Origin: a virus
Taxonomy: Duplodnaviria > Caudoviricetes
IMG/VR virus record: IMGVR_UViG_3300036984_000039
Span: 32,001-96,000 of that record
Strand: one strand, 5' to 3'
Length of the DNA: 64,000 bases
The notes under the pieces are model-generated. The model was not told the DNA's origin. It made no database searches and worked only from the letters and a program-made list of their open reading frames with translations. Shown here in pieces: positions 1 to 8,616 of this stretch (positions are counted from its first letter, which is position 1; each line of letters starts with the position of its first letter). A program made the translations under genes and the position numbers.

Positions 1-289
1 CGCTCTCTTTCGTATCCGCGCCGGTCGGCGCGGCGTCCTTCCAGCGCAACGGCGAATCGCCCGCCATCAGATTGAAAATCCAACGCGCCGGATATTTGTT
101 CGGCGTCATACCCACCGCTTCCAGGGCGGCCATCGCGCCACTCAGGAAATCGGCGTCGTCAATCTCACCGCGGGCCTACAAGCGCGCCTTGCCGCGCCGT
201 TCGACGTGCTGGATAATCGCGGAGTATTGCTCGGCGGACATCGTGTCAAAGTCCAATTGCTTCAGATCAGGCAGGTTCAGTAGGTTCAT
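1..289 (-). pseudogene. Hypothetical gene running off the window edge, with an internal TAG
   Basis: ATG at 289 overlaps the stop of the upstream gene (ATGA). The frame reads MNLLNLPDLK..GKARL*ARGEIDDADFL.. and is open to base 1 except for one TAG at 176-178. Confidence 0.5.
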
Positions 290-720
290 CTTGTTTCACC
301 CTTTCGCCTCTCGGCATAGTCCTTCGCCTTCTTCTGGCGCACCGTCCGGCAGGCCGGGCAGACCGCCGCGCGCGAGTTGACCGGCAAGTCCTTGCCGCAG
401 TCGTCGCACGTTTTCAGGGAGAACGACTTGGCCTTGAACATCGACGGCAATTTCACCTTCGCGACCTCGGCCACCTGCGCCGAAGTCACCGGCACGGGCA
501 CGCCGTTGCCCAATAGCTTGCCAATACCGCGTTGGCATTCGGCAAGCTGGTTGCCCATGCGCCAGGCCAGGTTGCTCGGCAACCCACCGGCATACTGCGT
601 CAAGATTTCGTTGATCGTCTCGACGGCGGCATTCAACCGCACAACCATCGCCTCATCGTCCAGCAGGCCGTGGCCCGCGGTATCCTTCGCGACGACAATC
701 TCGGATAATGCGATTCTCAT
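286..720 (-). CDS. Hypothetical protein with C-terminal zinc ribbon
   Basis: RBS GGAGGTG; CDDC..CPAC motif. Confidence 0.7.
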   Translation of the reverse strand: MRIALSEIVVAKDTAGHGLLDDEAMVVRLNAAVETINEILTQYAGGLPSNLAWRMGNQLAECQRGIGKLLGNGVPVPVTSAQVAEVAKVKLPSMFKAKSFSLKTCDDCGKDLPVNSRAAVCPACRTVRQKKAKDYAERRKGETR

Positions 721-868
721 TCATCACCTCCCACAATGCCCGCCAGGGCCTCGTAGCGCCTTGCTACGCCGCGCTACGGGCCAAACGTGACATTCCATAC
801 GGGCCGCTGGCTAAACGGCCTATTTTGACACAAACTACACTTTACAGCGGCCCGCTGACTACCGGGCG

Positions 869-1712
869 ACGACACTCCGCATAGACTAAATCCAGCGGCT
901 TCTTGAACTTACGTCCAAGCTACGGGTATTACTACCTGGCCCGTGTCCGGGCGTCTACGCATACTCCGCTTGCCAAAGGCAGCCGGTCTACGATGCTTGA
1001 TTTCCGTGGGCATCGGCAATCGTCCTGGCTCACCATGTTTGTATGACGAGAGGATATTGATTTGCCCTACTATGTCGCGGTGCCCACGGAAGCCACAGAC
1101 CGAGCAACGATAGACGCGCCCCTGTGGTTTATGTCGATTACCGCAACTTGGACAAGTTTGACTTGTATACGCTTCGTTTTGCAGTTTCACGGCGATACCC
1201 TCTGCCGCGGCCTTATACGTGGTATACTTGCGTACCTGACCGTGATTCCAACCGCTAACTTTCTGATTTGTGCGCTTGCCGAGCGCAACTTCATCGGCCA
1301 CGTCGCGCACATCGCCGTAGACGATAGTCGCCGCGCCCAGGACAACCGCTTCGTCTACAATCGCCCGGCTGATTTTGTGTTCCATATCGCGCAACACGCG
1401 GTTGTGCTTGGCTTTCATACGAGACTTGACACGCACCAACTTCTTATAGGCTCGACTACCGCGCTGCTTGCGGCTCAGGGACTTATCCAGAGATGCCAAT
1501 CGCTTGGCGTGACCTTGCGCTTCGTGCCGACGTTCGCGACAAGTGATGATAGTCGCACTGCTTTCATCACCAATTACAGCAGGATGAATCTCACCCGGAT
1601 CGACGCTTACTACGTTCATGCCCGGTGCTGACTTGGGTTGCTTGCCGTTTTCAACGACCACGTGCCAGGTGTAGCGCCGGTCGCGCTTGTCGAAAACCAA
1701 CCGCTGCACTGG
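869..1712 (-). pseudogene. tnpB: N-terminally truncated TnpB (IS200/IS605 family) with right end/omegaRNA
   Basis: RuvC I (VSVDPG), RuvC II (IVYGDV), zinc finger CPSC..CSVC and RuvC III (HRDIVGQINI). The HTH/REC N-terminus is absent. Right-end hairpin GAAGCCGCTGGATTTAGTCTATGCGGAGTGTC at 902-871. Confidence 0.85.
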
Positions 1713-1713
1713 T

Positions 1714-2073
1714 TCATATTCCGAGTAGCGCATTACGCTCGGCTTCCGGCAGAAACATCGGACGATACCATGCGCGCGGCATGTTGGCGTCAATCCAGGC
1801 CAGGGCTGTAGTGCTAACCATGAGCCAAACAACGGCCAACATGGATGACGGGTATCCTTCGATATCATCCGTCCAGCGAACCATTGCCTTGTTGGCGGAA
1901 TCGCCTTTGACGGCGGAAAGCACGGCATCAGCCTGTGATTCAAACATGCCGTTTGCGACCAGTTCTTTCCTTGCCCACTGCTCAAATGTCACTTTGATCT
2001 CCTTTCCTGCGAGCGGGTGATCGGCCCTTCCGCCCGATGAGGTACGGCGCTCAATCACCCGCCCAATGGTCAT
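1714..2073 (-). CDS. Hypothetical phage protein
   Basis: ORF coupled to the upstream gene by ATGA, with a GAGGA RBS. Confidence 0.6.
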   Translation of the reverse strand: MTIGRVIERRTSSGGRADHPLAGKEIKVTFEQWARKELVANGMFESQADAVLSAVKGDSANKAMVRWTDDIEGYPSSMLAVVWLMVSTTALAWIDANMPRAWYRPMFLPEAERNALLGI

Positions 2074-2240
2074 TCCTCGTCGCCGTCTTCGTCGGCGTAT
2101 TCCGCGATTTCCTTGCAGACCTCGATCAGCCGCTTGCGCGCCCACGCCTCGTCTTCGCTCAAATCGTCGTCCATGTTGTCGCGGCAGTCCCGAAGGTCTT
2201 CCAACGTGTTCTGAAACCTGCAATAGCTCATGTTCGCCAT
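2070..2240 (-). CDS. Small conserved phage protein (MANMSYCRFQNTLEDL)
   Basis: Strong RBS AAGGAGGGGTG. The N-terminal motif is one I recognise from phage hypothetical proteins. Confidence 0.7.
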   Translation of the reverse strand: MANMSYCRFQNTLEDLRDCRDNMDDDLSEDEAWARKRLIEVCKEIAEYADEDGDEE

Positions 2241-2546
2241 CTCACCCCTCCTTGTCGATCCGCACGTAAAACGGGCGGCTGGTCGGTCTCTGAAACACCG
2301 ATGCGTTGTGCCCGCGACCTTACTTGATCGGTCGCATTCATCACTTTTGAACAAGTTGGATCGGCAGCCAGCAACGCCAAGAAACTGGATCAATCCTTTG
2401 CTATCAGGTGCGCGCCCGTGTCGGATTTCTACCGCAGCAGCCGCCGCGCTTCAGGCATTTATGCGGGCGGGTTGTACGGGATGCCACTCCCGGCCAGGTC
2501 GCTTCATTCCCCGGCTGACCGACGCGCACCTGATAGAAAAGGATTC

Positions 2547-3127
2547 GATTTAGGCTCACGACACTTGCTCCGAGGTCTGCCTGTTAGCACACCTGCGCTT
2601 GACTCGTCCACATGGGTACTATGCCTACGCAGCCGGGTTCCATATCGGTGTCGGCTTGCCTACGATTATCATTCTTACTTATCCCTCATCACGCCGCGCC
2701 TCACGCTACCGAGTAGTCCTACGGTAACGGTCTGCTTGGGCTGTACCTGTCCGGGTTGCTATCTGCGGCTGCCTCACGGCATGACGCTCTTACCAGTCCG
2801 TCAACTCGCTGGCGTGTTAGCCCGGTGTCAGCGTTTGAACCTGCGCCACGGTTGCCCGTGCTTCGTGTCCACGCGCCTCCTGTTCATTACAGGGTATCAC
2901 CCGCGCTCACCGATCTGCTCTCGCCAAGTCACCGATCCGCCAGAACGGGTCGGGTGGCAAGTTTTGCGATTCGCGCTTTGTGATTCGAGAACTATGTGGA
3001 AGCGCCTGCAAACTGGTGGCTACGAGGTTCCGGTAAGAGGCCATCTGCTGTCATCCTTGCGGTGGCCCCCGCCATTCCTCTCGCCTGCGATGCGCTTCGG
3101 TTGTCAAGGTGCCTGCTACCCACCTAC
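2547..3127 (-). ncRNA. Large structured ncRNA, ROOL-like candidate
   Basis: About 580 nt with no credible ORF, directly downstream of a TTGACA-17-TATACT promoter. It has a boxA-like GCACCTTGACAAC and GNRA-capped hairpins (GCC-GTGA-GGC, CACGG-GCAA-CCGTG). Its motif order resembles ROOL from memory. Confidence 0.55.
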
Positions 3128-3133
3128 AAACAC

Positions 3134-3162
3134 AGTATAGCACAACCCGCTATGTTTGTCAA
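3134..3162 (-). promoter_or_regulatory. Sigma70-type promoter (early family, copy 1)
   Basis: TTGACA-N17-TATACT with extended TG. Confidence 0.85.
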
Positions 3163-3205
3163 GTGGGTAAACAGGGCAATTTCAGACCAATTTCAACGAG
3201 CTTGT

Positions 3206-3493
3206 TCAAAACTCTACGCCTTCTTCGGCCATGCGGGCGCGGCGTAGCTTGGTGTACTCGGCGCGCCCTTCGATGGTCATGCCGGACATCATGCGCCCGC
3301 GACAGGTGCGCCGATAGTAGTCCTCTCCTTCAAGCGGCTCGGTTTCGATGGCTTTGCACGCCGCGATGTAGGCGAGATATTCTTGCGTCCATGCCGCGCT
3401 AGGCCAAAATCCCGACCCGGTGTGCATCAACACAGGTTGCCGTGTACCCCTGACGTGTTGCTTCTGCCAACGCATGGCCTGGGCGTAACTCAC
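3206..3493 (-). CDS. Hypothetical protein
   Basis: GTG start overlapping the upstream stop (GTGA), RBS GGAAGGA. Confidence 0.6.
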   Translation of the reverse strand: MSYAQAMRWQKQHVRGTRQPVLMHTGSGFWPSAAWTQEYLAYIAACKAIETEPLEGEDYYRRTCRGRMMSGMTIEGRAEYTKLRRARMAEEGVEF

Positions 3494-3570
3494 GCTTGTC
3501 CTTCCTTCGGCGGTTTGGGCGTCATGGCCGCCAGGGTCTCCTTGAGCGACCGCTTCGCCCAATCGAGGAC

Positions 3571-4923
3571 TTGACGTACTCCCACGGCTAAAGCTCGTGG
3601 GATTCTGGGGTCAAACAGCAAGCGCCGGGCTTACCGGTCTTACCTCACCTAACCCAAGAGAGCACGCCCGCTCTCCTTCACTACGAATGTTCTTAGCTGC
3701 ATTATGGTCGCGGTCATGGATCGCGCCGCAGTTGGCGCATGTCCAGCGCCGTTCGGTCAAGCGCAACCCCTGATACAGCCATCCGCAGTCCGAGCATGTC
3801 TTGCTCGACGGATAGAAGCGATCCACCAGTGCCACGAGCTTGCCTTTGGTGCTGGCGACATAGCTTAGAATGCCCATGAATTCCGACCGGGCCAGATCGC
3901 TCACTTTGCGACCCCACAACCGAACCATGCCGCGCATGTTTAGATCCTCAAAGTACAGGTAATCGTACTGGTCGGTGAGCATGTGTGCCAGCTTGAAGAA
4001 CCAGTCCCGGCGCTGGTTGACTACTCGTTGGTGAATGCGTGCGACGCTCAGCTTGGCCTTACGCCAACCATGCGACCCTTTTACCTTGCGTGCTAAGTTC
4101 TGTTGCGCCAACTTCAACTCAGACATGACCTTCTGATAGTACAGCGGTGACTCGATCACCAGTCCCATGTCCGTGGTGATAAACGCTTTCAGCCCAAAAT
4201 CGAAACCTGCGCTGTTACCCGACATGATTCGGTTGCTTTGGTCTTCCGACATTTCTACCACGAAATAGAGCCAGAGCGCGCCCAAGTTATCGCGCTTGAT
4301 CGTCAACGTCTTGACCTCGGCCGGAATGTCACGGCTCTTGCTGTACTTATAAACCCGACCGCGAATCTTGATTCGATTGCCATCCAGCAACTTCCAACTG
4401 TTATGCTTGAGCGTGAAGCTACTGTATTTCTTGACCTTTTTAAAGCCGGGTGGTGAAGCCTTGACGCCCACTTTCAGGTTGTGAAAGAATAGCTTGTACG
4501 ACCGCTCAATGCGTTCCGCGATGCCTTGAATTGCTTGGGCATCAACTTCGTTCCAAAACGCGTAGCGTGGTCTCTGTTTGAGTTTGGCAATATGCTTCTG
4601 CAAATCGTACAAATTCAAATGTTTACCAGTCAAACGATAGTAGCGCCGATGTAAAGCAATTTCGTGGTTCCAGATAATACCAGCAATGTCGATCTGCTGG
4701 TTCAAGAACCGATTCCGCTTCGCCTTGTAGAGTTTGAACTTGTACGTTTTTATCATCGCGTTGCTCGGTTAAATGACAAGCCGCCCGGTGAAGCCATTCT
4801 TGTCGAGGGAATGTCTGTCGGACGGCCTGTGGTTAGCCCATTACTGGACGATCACCCTATTCAGCTATGGCCTCTTACTACATTCCCTCGACAAGACTTA
4901 TTCTAACACGTCTCGCTCTTTTT
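3571..4923 (-). mobile_element. Non-autonomous IS200/IS605 (IS1341-type) element carrying tnpB
   Basis: Preceded by TTGAC. Ends in the hairpin CCCACGAGCTTTAGCCGTGGGAGTACG followed by TCAA. Its removal restores an open reading frame. Confidence 0.85.
3611..4756 (-). CDS. tnpB: RNA-guided endonuclease TnpB (intact)
   Basis: N-terminal KTYKFKLY, RuvC GFDFG / FEDL / DRDHNAA, zinc finger CSDC..CANC. Confidence 0.95.
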   Translation of the reverse strand: MIKTYKFKLYKAKRNRFLNQQIDIAGIIWNHEIALHRRYYRLTGKHLNLYDLQKHIAKLKQRPRYAFWNEVDAQAIQGIAERIERSYKLFFHNLKVGVKASPPGFKKVKKYSSFTLKHNSWKLLDGNRIKIRGRVYKYSKSRDIPAEVKTLTIKRDNLGALWLYFVVEMSEDQSNRIMSGNSAGFDFGLKAFITTDMGLVIESPLYYQKVMSELKLAQQNLARKVKGSHGWRKAKLSVARIHQRVVNQRRDWFFKLAHMLTDQYDYLYFEDLNMRGMVRLWGRKVSDLARSEFMGILSYVASTKGKLVALVDRFYPSSKTCSDCGWLYQGLRLTERRWTCANCGAIHDRDHNAAKNIRSEGERACSLGLGEVRPVSPALAV

Positions 4924-5186
4924 GTCAATGCCTTTTCCCTTCATGTGTGCAAACAACTGCGCAGTACTTTCACGTATTGCTAGTTTGGCCCAAGCTTCGA
5001 CGTACTGCTGCGCGCCCGCGATGGCAAGCGTAATCATGGCCTGGGCCAGCGTAGACCACGGCGCGGGACTGTCCGACTGAGCCGCGATAAACTGTAGCAT
5101 CGGCACGGCGGCGGCGGGCAGTTCGGCTCTATGCTCGCTGTCGCACCCTTCCAGGCCGATGATCCTCACGGTGATGGTTGCCACGG

Positions 5187-5495
5187 TCATTCCTCCTTGC
5201 GACTCAGGCCAGGATACCACGCCGAAGCCGAGAGGATGCCCTGCTGGTCGTCGGCCCACTGGCGAGCCATCAGCGCCACGACGCGCGCCCACGTGCCTTG
5301 CGGCAGCGTATCGTGCAGTGCCGCGACTAGCGCCTGGGCATCGATCAGCATAGCTTCGTCTACCACGTGTTGCGGCGCACTTGGTGCAAACGCATTACTG
5401 GAAAGCGACTCAAGCATTTCGATTTTCAAATCGGGCGGCGGCGTGTCGCTCCGCCGAACTGTAGCTGCCTTGAAAATGTAAATATTACGTTGCAT
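5187..5495 (-). CDS. Hypothetical protein
   Basis: Tightly packed between coupled genes. Confidence 0.6.
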   Translation of the reverse strand: MQRNIYIFKAATVRRSDTPPPDLKIEMLESLSSNAFAPSAPQHVVDEAMLIDAQALVAALHDTLPQGTWARVVALMARQWADDQQGILSASAWYPGLSRKEE

Positions 5496-5496
5496 G

Positions 5497-6321
5497 TTAG
5501 GCCGCCTTTTTACCTTGCTTCAACGAATACCCGTCCGCCGCCACCGCGTTCAGTACGGCCACCAGATCAGGCCGCAGGAAACGCAGATGCAGATTGCAAT
5601 TGTGGCAGGCGCGGAACTCGAAGTAATCCGTCATGCCTGTGCCGTCCGCCGACGTTTCAATGGCGTCCGCCAGCGGTGACGTATAGCCGTCCATCACGCC
5701 CTTGCCGTCAAGCATGTGGAACACGCGATCCACCTGCACCAGATCAGTGCGCCGGTAGTAATTTACGCGAAACTTGCTGGCATAGCCGTTCTCAACAAAG
5801 CTGCTCAAGATGACTTTCGGGCCGACGCCGTAACGCACATTCGTGACGAGCTTCTGGCCGCGCGCCCGCGCGCCTGGCGTAAGGATGCCGTAGGCTTCCA
5901 TTGCCGCCTCACGTTGAATCTCCGGCATATTCTGTGCATAGGCTTGCAACAGGTCGTACACGTTCGTCAACGTCAGGGCCGGCATCGCGTCGTCATCGAT
6001 CTTCTTGGAGATTTCCTCCCACCGCTTGACCGACGCGATCTTGCGCATTTCGATGCGTTCCAGGATTACGCACCAGGCGTCTTTAGTAATGCCGGCGATA
6101 ACATCCGTGACGGCGCGTTCCGGGTTGTACGACCGCTCTGATAGTACGCGGGTATACTTGCTGAATGCGCTTTGCAAGGCGACCTCAGCCACCTGCAAGG
6201 CCGCATAAGCCGTGCGCACGTTGGCGCATTCGGTTTCATAGACGCCGACCAAATCGGTCAGCGTCTTGCGAATTGCCAGGTCAGTCGGTTGCTGCATCGG
6301 TTCCATCTCCCTCGTCCTCAT
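5497..6321 (-). CDS. DUF4942-family protein
   Basis: The C-terminal YFEFRACHNCNLHLRFLRPDLVAVLN pattern is typical of DUF4942. Confidence 0.75.
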   Translation of the reverse strand: MRTREMEPMQQPTDLAIRKTLTDLVGVYETECANVRTAYAALQVAEVALQSAFSKYTRVLSERSYNPERAVTDVIAGITKDAWCVILERIEMRKIASVKRWEEISKKIDDDAMPALTLTNVYDLLQAYAQNMPEIQREAAMEAYGILTPGARARGQKLVTNVRYGVGPKVILSSFVENGYASKFRVNYYRRTDLVQVDRVFHMLDGKGVMDGYTSPLADAIETSADGTGMTDYFEFRACHNCNLHLRFLRPDLVAVLNAVAADGYSLKQGKKAA

Positions 6322-6544
6322 CCTCTACGGAAATCGTCGTCCAGCACTCCGGGCAGATGTGCGTGATGGCCCACTCGCGCTGATCTACGTCAAGCCATTG
6401 CCGGCGCGCTGCCTCCAAAAACTGCTGGCTACACTGGAGGCAGCGATCTGCGGCGTCCGCTTCCGCCTGCGTCGGCAGGCCCAGGCTGCGGGCCATGCCG
6501 TCGAGGAACTCCTGCAATGCGCCGGTACGTTGCATCATTGGCAT
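6281..6544 (-). CDS. Small zinc-binding hypothetical protein
   Basis: CLQC..CPEC motif; RBS GGAGG. Confidence 0.6.
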   Translation of the reverse strand: MPMMQRTGALQEFLDGMARSLGLPTQAEADAADRCLQCSQQFLEAARRQWLDVDQREWAITHICPECWTTISVEDEDEGDGTDAATD

Positions 6545-6927
6545 GTTAGCGCCTCCGCGTCCAGGATGGTCAGCGCCCACTCAGCGCGCCGGTCGCGTTC
6601 CCGCATGGCCTCCAGTTCGGCGCGTGGTAGCTCGCACCACTGGCGGGCGTCTGTGTCGGCATCGTCCCAACTGCGACCAGCCTCCAGCCAGAAGCCGTAC
6701 CGGGCCTCTTCGAGCTTGTCGGCAGGCAGCAGGTCATAGCGCCAGATGCGGTCAAACTCCAACGGCTCGACGTAGGCGACTACGGCGTACAGGTTGCGAT
6801 TGTCCACGCGCTTGGGCGGCCAGTGGCTTTCGACGATGGTCGCGGTCAACGGGTGGCCGGCGTTGTCGCGGTCGGGATAGCAGCCTATCGAGGCTGGCCG
6901 GAGCGTCAAAATGTAGTCAGGCATCAC
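6535..6927 (-). CDS. DarA C-terminal-like domain protein
   Basis: YILTLRPASIGCYP...YAVVAYVEPL...YDLLP resembles the DarA_C/polyvalent-protein motif. Confidence 0.5.
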   Translation of the reverse strand: MMPDYILTLRPASIGCYPDRDNAGHPLTATIVESHWPPKRVDNRNLYAVVAYVEPLEFDRIWRYDLLPADKLEEARYGFWLEAGRSWDDADTDARQWCELPRAELEAMRERDRRAEWALTILDAEALTCQ

Positions 6928-7160
6928 GCCCTCCAGTCGTATTGCGCGGCGATGGTCGGGAACAGCGCCACCGCAGCCGCCTCACGGAGCTTGTCGCCGC
7001 CACTCGCGACTTCCTGATCCGTCCAGTCGCTATTGCCCAGGTACGCGGCCCACGAGCCACCGTGCCCGATAACCGCCACGATCTTGCAGGCGTAGGCTTC
7101 GTCGGGTTTGAACTCACTCTTGTTGTAATACTCGGCGTAGGTGCGAATCTGCTTAGACAT
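6924..7160 (-). CDS. Hypothetical protein
   Basis: RBS AGGAG; coupled to the next gene. Confidence 0.65.
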   Translation of the reverse strand: MSKQIRTYAEYYNKSEFKPDEAYACKIVAVIGHGGSWAAYLGNSDWTDQEVASGGDKLREAAAVALFPTIAAQYDWRA

Positions 7161-7201
7161 TATCATTCTCCTAGGCCGGACTTGCGCCCGGCCCGACGTG
7201 C

Positions 7202-7741
7202 CTACTGGCGCTTGGGCAGCGTGCCCTGCGCCGTGTACAGATCAAAAAGTTGCGCCTTGAGGTCGCGCACCGCAATCTTGGCGTCGGACAACTCGTCACA
7301 CAACGCGTTGCGCTCGATTGTGAGCTTGAGGTACTCGGCATCGCGAAAGTCGATCTCAGCATACGCCTCGGTACGGGCGGCGATCAGTTCCGCGACATGC
7401 GCGTCACGCTCGCGAACCTGCATCCGCAGTGCCTCAACCTCACGCTTCTCCGCCTCTGCTTGGGCGACTACCCGGCGCAACTCGGTCTGCGCTGCCTGCG
7501 CATCCTGTCCGCGCTGGCGCTCGGAGAAGTCCAGCACGGCCACCAGATCGGTGTTCATGTCGCTGGTGGTCTGGATGCGAAACCACTCGATCAGGCGGGT
7601 GGAGAACAGGCTTTTGAGATACGACTGCTCCGGCAATGACGCGGCGGCCTCGGCCAACCATGCCACCTCGTCGGCCTTGCTGATCTGCGCGCCGGTCTCG
7701 GCGGGTTCATCTACGGCGGGGAACTTGCGCTTGGCGGTCAT
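7202..7741 (-). CDS. Coiled-coil hypothetical protein
   Basis: RBS AAGGAG; heptad-rich C-terminal half. Confidence 0.7.
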   Translation of the reverse strand: MTAKRKFPAVDEPAETGAQISKADEVAWLAEAAASLPEQSYLKSLFSTRLIEWFRIQTTSDMNTDLVAVLDFSERQRGQDAQAAQTELRRVVAQAEAEKREVEALRMQVRERDAHVAELIAARTEAYAEIDFRDAEYLKLTIERNALCDELSDAKIAVRDLKAQLFDLYTAQGTLPKRQ

Positions 7742-7965
7742 TGTGACTCCTTCATAAACTGCACCGCCTCGCGCATGGCGGCGCTACAATTGAATGCCTT
7801 GAAGGGCAGAGTAGAGGCATCCACTACCTGCGCCTGATATAACCCGGCGCAATTGATTAGTGCTTCGTGCATCGTCTCCCAAGCGTATATCTCGCCTGCA
7901 TCTCGATCATGGAATACGGGGTGCGACTGATACTCCAGTCTGTCAAAGTAGACTACGGCGTACAT
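7738..7965 (-). CDS. Hypothetical protein
   Basis: First gene after a promoter; RBS GGAGG. Confidence 0.65.
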   Translation of the reverse strand: MYAVVYFDRLEYQSHPVFHDRDAGEIYAWETMHEALINCAGLYQAQVVDASTLPFKAFNCSAAMREAVQFMKESQ

Positions 7966-8000
7966 TGCGTCCCTCCGTGATTGATCTGACCTACAAGGGA

Positions 8001-8029
8001 AGTATAGCAGAACTCGCTTGCTTTGTCAA
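8001..8029 (-). promoter_or_regulatory. Sigma70-type promoter (early family, copy 2)
   Basis: TTGACA-N17-TATACT. Confidence 0.85.
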
Positions 8030-8063
8030 GTGGGCAACATGACCAATTTGAGACGAGTTTTCC

Positions 8064-8240
8064 TCAGTCCCATGCGCAAGCCGCGGCGTATGACGTGCCT
8101 ACGGTCGTAACATGCTGTCCCTGTGGACACACCGCCTCGCCCATGCTGCCCTTTGTAGGCCAGCCGGATTGTTCTTCTCCGCATGACGCTGCGATACACA
8201 ACAGCGCCAGAACCGCCAAAATCGCAATGAGCCTTTTCAT
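8064..8240 (-). CDS. Small putative lipoprotein
   Basis: MKRLIAILAVLALLCIAASC signal peptide with a lipobox-like end; RBS AGGAG. Confidence 0.55.
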   Translation of the reverse strand: MKRLIAILAVLALLCIAASCGEEQSGWPTKGSMGEAVCPQGQHVTTVGTSYAAACAWD

Positions 8241-8253
8241 GACGAATCTCCTT

Positions 8254-8616
8254 TTAGCCTCGATAGTCGCGCTCGCAACTCGGCCCGCAGCAGGGTTGCG
8301 ACACGCGCAGCGGCTTGAAGGCCGCGCCACACCACGCGCATTCGCGGAATAACTTGCCTTCCTTGATCCGGCGCAGCAGGCGCGCCGTGGGCGAGCGCCG
8401 ATCCACGCGATAGCCGCCCAGGCCGCGGTTGCAGTGGTCAGTGACCATATCGGCATAAAACTCGCGCACGATCTCCTGGCCCGTCACCGGCCACCAGCCG
8501 CCCAAGCCATGCTTGAACGTGGTATCGGGCTGCGCCTTCGCCGCCTTGATGCCCGCGACGTAGGCCGCCAGGCCGACCCGATTGCCATTGCCCAGGACGA
8601 TGTACTTGTCGCTCAT
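8254..8616 (-). CDS. Hypothetical protein with C-terminal Cys cluster
   Basis: RBS GGAGAGG; CAWC..CCGPSC. Confidence 0.65.
   Translation of the reverse strand: MSDKYIVLGNGNRVGLAAYVAGIKAAKAQPDTTFKHGLGGWWPVTGQEIVREFYADMVTDHCNRGLGGYRVDRRSPTARLLRRIKEGKLFRECAWCGAAFKPLRVSQPCCGPSCERDYRG

Larger units (their letters stand above)
3490..5190 (-). pseudogene. Hypothetical gene split by the tnpB element (5190-4924 joined to 3570-3490)
   Basis: The joined sequence reads ..HMKGKGID|VLDWAKRSLKETLAAMTPKPPKEGQA* in frame and ends in a GTGA overlap with the next gene. Confidence 0.75.

Noticed and set aside
176-178. In-frame TAG suggesting stop-codon recoding
   Set aside because: TAG ends many clearly bounded genes here (15718, 46772, 48342, 57720, 61616, 61905), so a nonsense mutation or sequencing error is more likely.
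909-1985. 358-aa ORF as a full-length TnpB with a novel N-terminus
   Set aside because: The first ~90 codons are an alternative frame of the upstream gene 1714-2073; TnpB similarity starts only near 1712.
2420-2460. Hammerhead ribozyme (CTGAAG..GAAA on minus)
   Set aside because: The core reads CUGAAGC rather than CUGANGA, and flanking stems I and III could not be placed.
2418-3140. 240-aa plus-strand ORF
   Set aside because: No RBS, atypical composition, and antisense to a strong promoter and a structured RNA candidate.
3571-4923. IStron (group I intron plus TnpB)
   Set aside because: Only about 165 nt precede tnpB, no P/Q/R/S core is recognisable, and the element ends in TCAA rather than a terminal G.
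6495-7757. 420-aa plus-strand ORF and similar long antisense ORFs (16216, 20767, 43926)
   Set aside because: These are shadow ORFs of GC-rich genes on the other strand, which have RBSs and translational coupling.
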